Source: Clostridia bacterium (GTDB taxonomy: Bacteria; Bacillota; Clostridia; TANB77; CAG-508). From it: DNA of 64,000 bases. Under the pieces are notes generated by a model. The model saw nothing but the letters and a program-made list of their open reading frames with translations. It ran no database searches and was not told the DNA's origin. This document shows positions 9,511 to 18,894 of this stretch, piece by piece. Every line of letters begins with the position of its first letter. Within the stretch, counting starts at the first letter, position 1. A program made the position numbers and the translations under genes. The stretch covers positions 1 to 64,000 of the forward strand of contig JAZUKI010000004.1 of the NCBI GenBank assembly GCA_045643205.1. The letters run 5' to 3'.

Positions 9511-10362
9511 ATGTCAGTAATCACATTTTACAATGAAGACAAAAACGAAGCTGGACAAACATTGGGTGCTGCCGCAATTGCATCAGTTTTTGGAATTGAA
9601 CGTAACTATAAAATTTTACTTATATCAGTTGAACGTGAAGATTATAAAATGGAAGATGCATTTTTTAGACCTTCAAGAATTAACTTAACTAGTTTGTTCA
9701 TGGGACAAAACACAGCTGCAACAGATGCTACAAATGGTATTGAAGGATTAATGAGAATGTTCTCAAGTAATAGAGTTGATGCTGATGCTATCGCAAGTTA
9801 TGCTCGTCCAGTATTAAAAGATAGACTTGATGTATTACTACCATTAAAATCAAGAAGTATTGAAGAATTTCAAAATTCATCTAAGTTTTATTCACCAATA
9901 ATTGATGCAGCAAATAAGTATTATGATTTAGTTTTAGTTGATATGTGTAAAGATGTATTACCAGAAACTAGAGAGACAATAATGAATTTATCAAGTTTAG
10001 TAGTTGTTGGATTAAATCAAAATTCTAATTCAATAAAAGAGTATATTAAACTTAAAGAAAAAGATGAAAAATATAGAAAAAACAATGTTATTACAGCATT
10101 GATGAAATACGATGATGCTTCAATGTTTAATGCTAAGAACATGGCAAGAGAATTAAAAGAAAAAGACATACCATTATTAGTTCCTTATAATATTCATTTT
10201 ACAGATGAATGTAGTGGAGGAAGAATATTAGATTATTTATTGAAGGCACACAGTTTACACTTTACAGATAGACCAGATGGATATTTCTATAGTACTGTTA
10301 AAGAGACAGTTGATAGAATTGATTACTTAAGAAAACAAGTTGATTATGGATTACGTACATAA
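9511..10362 (+). CDS. ParA/MinD-like CpaE/TadZ-family protein
   Basis: VITFY...EAGQTLGAAAIA, KILLIS, RLDVL, YYDLVLVDM, SSLVVVGLNQ. Confidence 0.65.
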   Translation: MSVITFYNEDKNEAGQTLGAAAIASVFGIERNYKILLISVEREDYKMEDAFFRPSRINLTSLFMGQNTAATDATNGIEGLMRMFSSNRVDADAIASYARPVLKDRLDVLLPLKSRSIEEFQNSSKFYSPIIDAANKYYDLVLVDMCKDVLPETRETIMNLSSLVVVGLNQNSNSIKEYIKLKEKDEKYRKNNVITALMKYDDASMFNAKNMARELKEKDIPLLVPYNIHFTDECSGGRILDYLLKAHSLHFTDRPDGYFYSTVKETVDRIDYLRKQVDYGLRT

Positions 10363-10529
10363 TTATATGGAACTGAATATTCATATTTATATAAAATAGA
10401 ATTATATAAATATAGAAAGAATTATATATATAATAGAAAGACTTTAATATTTATAAAAGAAAAAATTAAAATAGGCAAAGATAAAAAAGATAGTAGCTTA
10501 ATTACAAAAGCGAAAGGAGCAATCGACAT

Positions 10530-12449
10530 ATGTTAATTAATGCAATACTTATAATTGCTATAGTTGGTGTAGCTTTTTATCTTATACAAAGAAAGATAAA
10601 ATCGAATCAATTAAAAGCAGAAAACGAAGGTAAAATTAACGACGTTCAAGTTGATGATAAAACATATACTTTAGATATGATGATTAAATTCGTTAAGAAA
10701 AGAATTGACGAAATAACAAAGGTTAACTTATATGACCTTGGTTTATCTGAAGAAGAACTTAAGAGAAGAAAAGATAAAAAGTATGAATTAAAGAAAGCTT
10801 TAAAAGGCTGTACATATGGCGATGTTAATGACAAGAAATATGTAAAGGAATTAATTTTTGATATTTTATCTAAAGAGTATGGAGTTGATGAAACTAATGT
10901 ATCAAAGGCAATACCATTTGATATTCCTTCATTATTAACACCACAAGATAAATATGACATCATTATTTATATGTATCAAAAAGAATTTGGCTATGAAGCA
11001 TGGAATACTATAATGAAGAAATACAACTTAGCCACTTTAAAATTCGTAGATGGTGATACAAAACCTTGTTATGTTGTTACTCCAGAAGAAATTAGTGATA
11101 TTTATATAAAAGAAAACTACACGTTATCATTCCAAGATAAATTAATGGTTGTAGTTCAAAGAATATATCAATTATATAAAGGATATAGTTCAATCGACGA
11201 ACTAAGAGATCAAAATATTGATGGTATTTCAGGTGGTGTATCTGGTTTACCAGAATCATTCTTAAGTCAGGTTGCTCAAACTGACGCAAACTATTTAACA
11301 AAAGTTATGGATCATAAAGTACCACGTTCTTGTGATTCTATTTGGATCATGTATCATGGTATTTCAATCCGTATGGCATTCTTATCATTTGGAAATGAAT
11401 CAGAATTAAAGAGAGTTTGCCAAAATATTTATAAATATAATAACCCAGGCCAGTTATCTGATGCCAATGGTTATAAGATTAATGAAATGAAAGATGGTTC
11501 CCGTGTCGTTGTTGTAAGACCAAGTTTCTCAGAATCATGGGGATTCTTCGTAAGAAAATTCGATGTTAAGAGAGCTACTCTTGATCAATTAATCAAATGT
11601 GATGGAAAAGATGAAGCTATTGCTTTATTAACATACTTAGTAAAAGGTGCCAGAATTATATCACTTACTGGTGAGCAGGGTTGTGGTAAAACAACTATGT
11701 TAATGGCAATGATTGAAAATATTTATGAAACAATGAACATTCGTGTTCAGGAAGTTGCATTCGAGTTACACTTAAGAAAAATTTACCCAACACGTAACAT
11801 TTTATCTTTCCGTGAAACAGAAACAATTTCTGGACAAGAAGGTTTGGACGTTCAAAAGAAGACTGACGGTTCTGTTAATATTATCGGTGAGGTTGCAACT
11901 GACGAGGTTGCTTCTTGGATGATTCAAGCTGCACAAGTTGCATCTAAATTTACATTATTTACTCACCATGCTAAAACATTCCCAGACTTAATTACAGCTC
12001 TTCGTAACTCAATGTTAAGAACTGGTGTTTTCAACAACGAATTAGTTGCTGAAAAACAAGTTGTTTCAGTATTAAACTTTGATATTCACTTAGTTAAGGA
12101 TTTCAGAGGAAATCGTTATATTGAGAGAGTTACAGAATGTGTACCTGTTGAAGACTTCAACAACTATACATTCGATCAAGATAAAGAAAAAACAATTGAA
12201 GGTAAATTTGAAAAATTTGCTGACAATGCTACAAGATTCTTTACAAAACAAACAAACAAAGAAATATTTACATATAGAAATATTATGGAATATCAAGATG
12301 GAGGATATGTTTTAACTAATAGAATTACAGATGCAAACTTACGTGGAATGGTTACAAACATGGACGACAATGACTCTGAAGGATTTAGAGAATTTGCATA
12401 TAAATATTGGGGCATTAAACTAAATGATAGAGGAGAAATTATAAAATAA
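10530..12449 (+). CDS. CpaF/TadA-family pilus assembly ATPase with N-terminal TM segment
   Basis: DGSRVVVVRP..FFVRKF, Walker A TGEQGCGKTT, Asp box E...EL, Walker B IIGEV, His box FTHHA. Confidence 0.88.
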   Translation: MLINAILIIAIVGVAFYLIQRKIKSNQLKAENEGKINDVQVDDKTYTLDMMIKFVKKRIDEITKVNLYDLGLSEEELKRRKDKKYELKKALKGCTYGDVNDKKYVKELIFDILSKEYGVDETNVSKAIPFDIPSLLTPQDKYDIIIYMYQKEFGYEAWNTIMKKYNLATLKFVDGDTKPCYVVTPEEISDIYIKENYTLSFQDKLMVVVQRIYQLYKGYSSIDELRDQNIDGISGGVSGLPESFLSQVAQTDANYLTKVMDHKVPRSCDSIWIMYHGISIRMAFLSFGNESELKRVCQNIYKYNNPGQLSDANGYKINEMKDGSRVVVVRPSFSESWGFFVRKFDVKRATLDQLIKCDGKDEAIALLTYLVKGARIISLTGEQGCGKTTMLMAMIENIYETMNIRVQEVAFELHLRKIYPTRNILSFRETETISGQEGLDVQKKTDGSVNIIGEVATDEVASWMIQAAQVASKFTLFTHHAKTFPDLITALRNSMLRTGVFNNELVAEKQVVSVLNFDIHLVKDFRGNRYIERVTECVPVEDFNNYTFDQDKEKTIEGKFEKFADNATRFFTKQTNKEIFTYRNIMEYQDGGYVLTNRITDANLRGMVTNMDDNDSEGFREFAYKYWGIKLNDRGEIIK

Positions 12450-12525
12450 TGTAGCTTTCTAAAATATAATTTAATGAGAGCTATGTATAATAAGTAGACT
12501 ATAGAAATGGAGGAAGAATTTTCGA

Positions 12526-14601
12526 ATGCCATCAGGTTTTATATTTTTTATTGGAATAATGGCTGTTCTTATAATTGGAATAATAGTGCTTTTCATTTAT
12601 CTACAAAAGAAAAGTAAAAATTCCGATGTTGCAAGAATACAAAAGTTGAGAAAAGGTACAGATACTAAGAAATTTTCTTCTGAAATTTTGTATCAAAAAT
12701 TATATGTTTTCTATTTAAGATTTATCTTAACAAGATTTTACTTACTAAAAATTCGTAGAAGACTAGAAATTAATAATGCTGATGATGAGTTTTCTGTTAG
12801 ATTACAAGCAGCAAAAATTATTACTAAAGCATTTGCAATTATAATTCCATTAACAATTGTAGTTATTATAATAACACATGAAAATTTCTTGTTAATGGCT
12901 ATTATATTAATATTTGAATTATTTATAATAGATGCATTTACTGAAAATGCAGTTACAAAATTAGATAATGAATTACTAACTCAACAAGTTAATTTCTTTG
13001 CTGAAATGAGACATTCATATCACCAATGTAATATGGTTGGAGAAGCAATATACTTAACAGCACAAGAAACAGATAATGTTGAAGTTGCAAGACAAGCTGA
13101 AAAAATATATGAAATTTTAAACTCAGCAGATCCAGAAATAGAACTTGAAAAATATTATGATGTTGCACCTAATAACTATTTAAGAGAGTTTGCAGGATTA
13201 TCATACTTAACCCAAGAATTTGGTGATAGAAGAATGGATAATAATGCATCATTATATTTAACAAACTTAAATAACATTTCACAAGAAATGCAACTTGAAA
13301 TTTTAAAGAGAGATAAATTAAATTATGTTTTTCAATCTTTATCATTTATAGCAATTGCACCAATACTAATGCTTGAACCATTAAAAGCATGGGCAACAAG
13401 CAACTTTGGTTTTACTAAACCATTTTATAGTGGAAGTGGTGGATTGTTAATGCAAATATTAGTTATGATACTAACTTATGTTTGCTATATATTTGTTAGA
13501 AAAGTTAGAGATAGCGGTTCTACAAAATTAGTTCAGAACACACAAAACCCATGGCAAGAAAAATTATATAAATTTCCTATAGTGAAAAAAATTGTTGATT
13601 TAGTTATGCCAGCAAGGGGAACAAAAGATTATATTAAGCTTGAAAGAAAGATGAAGGATGCTGGTTATAAAATTAAAACCAGATGGTTCTTTGTTAATAA
13701 ATTAGTAATTTGTTTAGGGGCATTTATTATCACATTATTAGTATGCTTTGGTATGCATATCATGCAAACAAATTTTGTTTATACTGATCCTACAGCAGAT
13801 TACAACTTAATAAGTAACATGAATTCTAGTCAAGAGAAAAAAGCAATGGCTACTACATTACGCCAAAACAAAATTCTTGATCACTTCAAAGGAAAAGACA
13901 AATTAAAAGATACTGAAATATATGACTACATGAAAAAACAAGCTGACTATGAAAGTATGCAAGATGATGATATATACAGAGAAATTGCTCAGATTAGAAG
14001 TAAATTAACTACATTAAATGGTGAATATTTAAAAGCTTATGAAGTTTTACTAGCATTTGCAATAGCAGCATTAGGATATGTTTTCCCTAATATTATGCTT
14101 AAGTTCCAAACTAAAATGAGACAAATGCAAATGGAAGATGAAGTTATGTCATATCAAACAATTATCATGATGTTAATGAGAATTGAGAGAGTTGATGTTG
14201 AGATGATTCTTGAATGGCTTGAAAGATATTCAGATATATTTAAACCACAAATTAGCAAATGTTTGAATAACTATGAATCAGGTGCCTGGGAAGCACTTGA
14301 TGAAATGAAAGATGAAATTACTTATGAACCTTTAATAAGAATTGTTGAAAGTTTACAAACAGCAGTTGAACAAGTTCCAATAAAAGAAGCATTTGAAGAA
14401 CTTGATGCAGACAAAGATTATTATAAGGATAAACGTAAAGAAACAAACGAAAGATTAATAGCTAGAAAAGGAAGAATTGGAAAGATTATTGGTTTCGCAC
14501 CGATGGTTGTTGCATTCGTTGGATACTTAATTGTTCCATTAGTATTAATTGGTATGGAATCAATGAACAGTACGTTCGATGAAATGTCATCAATGAACTA
14601 A
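12526..14601 (+). CDS. fused TadB-TadC-like (T2SSF-type) membrane platform protein
   Basis: 691 aa; two TM-cytoplasmic-TM modules; second has LGY.FP.I.LK....RQ..MEDEV typical of TadC; directly follows the ATPase. Confidence 0.72.
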   Translation: MPSGFIFFIGIMAVLIIGIIVLFIYLQKKSKNSDVARIQKLRKGTDTKKFSSEILYQKLYVFYLRFILTRFYLLKIRRRLEINNADDEFSVRLQAAKIITKAFAIIIPLTIVVIIITHENFLLMAIILIFELFIIDAFTENAVTKLDNELLTQQVNFFAEMRHSYHQCNMVGEAIYLTAQETDNVEVARQAEKIYEILNSADPEIELEKYYDVAPNNYLREFAGLSYLTQEFGDRRMDNNASLYLTNLNNISQEMQLEILKRDKLNYVFQSLSFIAIAPILMLEPLKAWATSNFGFTKPFYSGSGGLLMQILVMILTYVCYIFVRKVRDSGSTKLVQNTQNPWQEKLYKFPIVKKIVDLVMPARGTKDYIKLERKMKDAGYKIKTRWFFVNKLVICLGAFIITLLVCFGMHIMQTNFVYTDPTADYNLISNMNSSQEKKAMATTLRQNKILDHFKGKDKLKDTEIYDYMKKQADYESMQDDDIYREIAQIRSKLTTLNGEYLKAYEVLLAFAIAALGYVFPNIMLKFQTKMRQMQMEDEVMSYQTIIMMLMRIERVDVEMILEWLERYSDIFKPQISKCLNNYESGAWEALDEMKDEITYEPLIRIVESLQTAVEQVPIKEAFEELDADKDYYKDKRKETNERLIARKGRIGKIIGFAPMVVAFVGYLIVPLVLIGMESMNSTFDEMSSMN

Positions 14602-14639
14602 ATAGCATTGATATAAATTAAGAGGAAAGGATTTGTTAA

Positions 14640-15236
14640 ATGGAAAATGCTTCTTTGGCCTTACGTATGGCTGGTGGTGTATTAATTGCATTATTAATAA
14701 TTGGTGTTTTTGTATCAGTTATGGTAGTTATTAATAACAATCAACAAAAGCAACAAGACGAAGAAGATTTGCGACAAGTTGAACAATTTAACGAATCCTA
14801 TAAATCTTATGAAAATAGAATTGTTACTGGATATCAAATGATTTCATTAACTAATAAAGCAATTGATTATAATGAGCGTATGTCAAAAGAATCTAAATAT
14901 GCAGATTCAGCAACTTACTATACACCAATTCATATATATGTTATTTTAGAGTCTGAAGCCAATGGTGGAAGTGTAAAGCTTCCTGGTCAAAAGACTAAAA
15001 ATGATAATAAAAATGCAAACAAAAATAATTATATAGATTTAAATGATTATTATAAAAAATATTATTCTTCAGCATCTACAGAAACAAAGAATGAATTTAA
15101 AAATATGTATTTTAAATGGGAAAAAACAGAACATGTTAGTCCAAATGCAAAAGATACAGAAGGAAAAAGTCTTGGTAATGTAGATGGAGTAGGAAGAGTA
15201 TATGAAATGTATTTCAAAGAATATGTAAAAGATTAA
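14640..15236 (+). CDS. pilin-like protein, MENAS family
   Basis: MENASLALRMAGGVLIALLII hydrophobic N-terminal helix; located in Tad-like locus. Confidence 0.65.
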   Translation: MENASLALRMAGGVLIALLIIGVFVSVMVVINNNQQKQQDEEDLRQVEQFNESYKSYENRIVTGYQMISLTNKAIDYNERMSKESKYADSATYYTPIHIYVILESEANGGSVKLPGQKTKNDNKNANKNNYIDLNDYYKKYYSSASTETKNEFKNMYFKWEKTEHVSPNAKDTEGKSLGNVDGVGRVYEMYFKEYVKD

Positions 15237-15253
15237 TAAAGGAGAAGTAAAGC

Positions 15254-16006
15254 ATGGATGAAAACGCTTCTCAATCTCTATTAATGGTTGGGGGAATATT
15301 ATTAGCAATTTCAGTATTAAGTTTCTTCGTATATGCAATGGCATCATTCGGTGGATTTGCAAGTAATATGAATGCTCAAATCGGAGAAAGTGAAATACAG
15401 AAACATAATCAAAATTTTCAAAAATATGAAAGCAGATATAACATTACATTTCAAGAAATTGTTTCTACAATAAATTATGCAAAAGATTGGAATGATCAAA
15501 ATGATTATTCATTTGATCAAGTTACGAATTCTAACAACGATAAAAAAGGCCAATATGTTGTAAATGTTAACATTATTGATGCTAAAGGCAATGTAATCCA
15601 AGTTTTTGGAAAAAATGCTAATAGTTTAATTAATGAAGCAAATTATAAAGATAATCAAAAAATAAAAAACATTTTAAACAAAATGCTAAATGATTCAAAT
15701 TATTCTGATTATTATTATGCTGTAAATGTTAAGGCAATTGATATTTTAAAAAAGAAAGAAAATAATTATTACGTTTTAAATGGACAATTTGGAGCTAAAC
15801 ATGGAACAATTGCTAAAAAAGATAAAGATATAGGCATAAATTCAACAACAGGTTTAGTTGAAGAAATTTATTTTACAGCAGTATCAAAAAGTAATTATTC
15901 AAACATTGATCAATTTAAAGTTGTTAACAAACAAGGAAAAGATGTAAATGTAGAATACAAAGTTAAGGATAGAGAATATTTTAGAATGGCTGAATTAGAG
16001 GGTTGA
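15254..16006 (+). CDS. pilin-like protein, MENAS family
   Basis: MDENASQSLLMVGGILLAISVL N-terminus; paralogous to neighbours. Confidence 0.65.
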   Translation: MDENASQSLLMVGGILLAISVLSFFVYAMASFGGFASNMNAQIGESEIQKHNQNFQKYESRYNITFQEIVSTINYAKDWNDQNDYSFDQVTNSNNDKKGQYVVNVNIIDAKGNVIQVFGKNANSLINEANYKDNQKIKNILNKMLNDSNYSDYYYAVNVKAIDILKKKENNYYVLNGQFGAKHGTIAKKDKDIGINSTTGLVEEIYFTAVSKSNYSNIDQFKVVNKQGKDVNVEYKVKDREYFRMAELEG

Positions 16007-16009
16007 TGA

Positions 16010-16444
16010 ATGAAAAAAAGTACACTAACAGTTATCATATTAATGTTAATAGTATTTGGTTTAGCAGTCTATTTTGCAATTAATTCTAGAATAGGATCAA
16101 ACATAGCTTCAGAAGAAAATAGATATTATCAACAATTATTGAATAAAGAAATAACAGGAACAGAATTATCATCTGTTATAAATAAAGTTATAGATACAAA
16201 TAAGAAAAATGAAATTTCTTTAGATGATAAAAAGTTATATAAAGAAAATGATAGTAACTCAATTATAATGGAAGTTACATTCAAATATGAAGATGGAACA
16301 AAAACACTCAGAGGAGAGAAAATCTACAATGGTGAAATTAAAAATTTTATTTCATATTATGGAAATATCAAATTCAAATGTACTAAACTAGAATATCATG
16401 ATTCAACTAAGAAAGTTAAGAAAATATATGTAGAAGAAATATAA
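16010..16444 (+). CDS. pilin-like protein
   Basis: N-terminal hydrophobic helix, then N..Y...L.K.ITG..L.S.INK..D.N shared with 14640 and 16613. Confidence 0.6.
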   Translation: MKKSTLTVIILMLIVFGLAVYFAINSRIGSNIASEENRYYQQLLNKEITGTELSSVINKVIDTNKKNEISLDDKKLYKENDSNSIIMEVTFKYEDGTKTLRGEKIYNGEIKNFISYYGNIKFKCTKLEYHDSTKKVKKIYVEEI

Positions 16445-16612
16445 TTCAAAAAGAATATATATGAAATATAATATGATTCAAAAGATAGAAAATATAAAAC
16501 ACAAAAGATTTAGATAAACAAAAGTGCAGAAAAACATAAATTATATTATATTTATTACTTAGTTTTTAAAATTTTAAACATAAATTAATTTATTTTTTAG
16601 GAGGAAAATTTT

Positions 16613-17164
16613 ATGGAAAATGCATCAAAAGCCCTAATTATAGTAGGTGCCGTACTTATTGCAATTTTATTAATCGGTTTTGGAGTTATGATTTTAAATA
16701 ACTCAACAAGTCAGGTTAGTCCTGATGCTTTGAACTCACAAGCAGCTCAAACACACAATGCACAATTTAATAATTACACAGGAAAAACAATTACAGCTCA
16801 ACAAGTTAAAACATTAATGAATGTTATTACAACAAATAATGTAACAGGTAAAACAGCAGACACACCACAAAAAGTATATGTTTACTATACACCAGCATCA
16901 GCAACAACATCAACATCAACATCAGATAAAGAAGCGATTAAAGAAGGATATAATGATCCAGCAAGAATTTCTGCAGCTGTAAGAAATGGTTACACATATA
17001 CAGTTGAAATTAATAACTCAAATGCAGTTGATGTTACAGACAAAGAAGTAACAGATGAAAGCACAGCACCAAGTGATAAAAATGATACATCAGCAGCAAG
17101 TTATTATTCAAATGGTTATATAAGAGTTATTTGTATTACAGAAAATTCAAGAAGTAGCAAATAA
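16613..17164 (+). CDS. pilin-like protein, MENAS family (candidate major subunit)
   Basis: MENASKALIIVGAVLIAILLIGFG; strong AGGAGG RBS; Thr/Ser-rich. Confidence 0.68.
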   Translation: MENASKALIIVGAVLIAILLIGFGVMILNNSTSQVSPDALNSQAAQTHNAQFNNYTGKTITAQQVKTLMNVITTNNVTGKTADTPQKVYVYYTPASATTSTSTSDKEAIKEGYNDPARISAAVRNGYTYTVEINNSNAVDVTDKEVTDESTAPSDKNDTSAASYYSNGYIRVICITENSRSSK

Positions 17165-17211
17165 TTAACTAGTATATTGTACTAATATCCATAAAATTAG
17201 GAGAAATATAA

Positions 17212-18087
17212 ATGGAGAATGCATCAGAAGCTTTAAAAATGGCAGGCGCTATGCTAATTTTTGTAGTGGCCTTAACCATCACAATAATTTCATTTACTGC
17301 CGCAAGACAAGCTTCTGATAGCATTGTCAGTACTTATGGCCAGTTAACTACTTTTTATGATTATGAACTATACAAAAATACAGGTTCATATAGAGAAGTA
17401 AAATCTGATGAGATAATAGCTAATTTGTATTCATATTATCAAACCAACAATACAATTTTGTTTTATTATTTAAAAGATGGAACTTATAATACAAAGAGTA
17501 AAACCTTTTCAACAGATGCTGTCATTAATAAGATGACTTTATATTATACTCCTACATCAGACACGGTAACACAAGCAGATAAAAACCAAGGAAGGCTTTC
17601 AAACTTAAGAAAATCATTCTTAAGAAATACAACTCTTGGTGATGATGATACACGTGCAATTTATGGATTAGACATTCAAGATGAAACAATAACTAGAAAT
17701 GAAGCCTGGAAGGGAACAGCAGGAGATGCTAAAATCTTTATAGATTGTTTAGTTTCAGGAACTACATATGTAAATAACAATGTAAGTAAATCAAATTATA
17801 ATGATATTAATCGTACATATTATGATAATAAAGGAACATTAAATATTATATTTCAATATCAAGGAATATTAAAAAAGCCATTGAATCAAGCTAGTGATTG
17901 TTTATTCATTGAAAGAGATGGAGAATATATTTCTTCAGCGAAAGATGAAGATACAAGAAATGATGAATGGAAAAGAGTTGTCGCAAATTCAACCGAGGAG
18001 TTGAATGATGAAGTTTTAGAAAATAATACTGCTACAACAAAGAAAGTAATACAGTATATTTATATACCAAATGAAAAGTGTATATAA
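17212..18087 (+). CDS. pilin-like protein, MENAS family
   Basis: MENASEALKMAGAMLIFVVAL N-terminus. Confidence 0.62.
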   Translation: MENASEALKMAGAMLIFVVALTITIISFTAARQASDSIVSTYGQLTTFYDYELYKNTGSYREVKSDEIIANLYSYYQTNNTILFYYLKDGTYNTKSKTFSTDAVINKMTLYYTPTSDTVTQADKNQGRLSNLRKSFLRNTTLGDDDTRAIYGLDIQDETITRNEAWKGTAGDAKIFIDCLVSGTTYVNNNVSKSNYNDINRTYYDNKGTLNIIFQYQGILKKPLNQASDCLFIERDGEYISSAKDEDTRNDEWKRVVANSTEELNDEVLENNTATTKKVIQYIYIPNEKCI

Positions 18088-18200
18088 GTAAAGAGTATAA
18101 AAAACAGACAAAGCATAGATATATAAGGGTTACATGTCTAATTTCATAGTATATTTTTGGAATAAAATTGTTAAAAATTACCTATATTTGGGTAAAACTA

Positions 18201-18229
18201 TTGGAAAAACGGGAAAATCATGCTATAAT
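18201..18229 (+). promoter_or_regulatory. sigma-A-type promoter for the 18265 gene
   Basis: TTGGAA-17 nt-TATAAT with extended TG. Confidence 0.65.
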
Positions 18230-18264
18230 ATTAGTATTGATTAAATTTTTAGGAGGATAAGAGA

Positions 18265-18789
18265 ATGAATGATACAGTAATGTCAATCGTTGCAATCTTT
18301 TTGGCAGCAATTTTAATGTTTATATTTCCACTAATGTCTACTGCAGATAGAAGTGATGATATAGCACAACAAGCTGTACAAACACAAACAACTGAGTTTG
18401 TTGATAATATTAGAACTACTGGAAAAATAACTCAAGATAGTTATAATAGTTTTGCAACAACTATTGCTGGAACTGGTAATTCTTTTGATATAGAGCTTGA
18501 AGTTCAAATACTAGATGATAATGCTAGAAAGAAAACAGCTCAAGCATCAGCATCTAAAGTTGGTGAAAATAGTTATTATAGTGAGTATACATCACAAATC
18601 CAAGAACATATGGATAAAAATGGTGGAACTTATATTTTAAAAGAAGGTGATATTGTATCTTGTACAGTTAGAAATACAAGCCAAACAATGTCTCAAATGT
18701 TAAAGAATTTCTTTTACCAAGTAACAGGTAATAATTCATATAATATTTCTGGACAACACTCAGGAATTGTTAATGTTAATGGAAATTAA
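18265..18789 (+). CDS. pilin/TadE-like protein
   Basis: N-terminal hydrophobic helix (IVAIFLAAILMFIFPL), long amphipathic helix, then beta-rich domain; last gene before the terminator. Confidence 0.55.
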   Translation: MNDTVMSIVAIFLAAILMFIFPLMSTADRSDDIAQQAVQTQTTEFVDNIRTTGKITQDSYNSFATTIAGTGNSFDIELEVQILDDNARKKTAQASASKVGENSYYSEYTSQIQEHMDKNGGTYILKEGDIVSCTVRNTSQTMSQMLKNFFYQVTGNNSYNISGQHSGIVNVNGN

Positions 18790-18813
18790 TAATTAAATAA
18801 AAATGTATAAATG

Positions 18814-18849
18814 AAAAATAAACTTAAGACAACTTGAGTTTATTTTTTT
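18814..18849 (+). terminator. intrinsic terminator closing the Tad-like locus
   Basis: aaaaataaacttaag-acaa-cttgagtttattttt followed by a T run. Confidence 0.75.
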
Positions 18850-18894
18850 GTTTGTATATAATTATTTTCATAAAATAGGTGAAGGAATTGATAA

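Noticed and set aside
10530-12449. Interpreting the ATPase as VirB11 of a conjugative element
   Set aside because: No VirB4, coupling protein, relaxase or integrase nearby; the neighbours are CpaB/CpaE/TadBC-like
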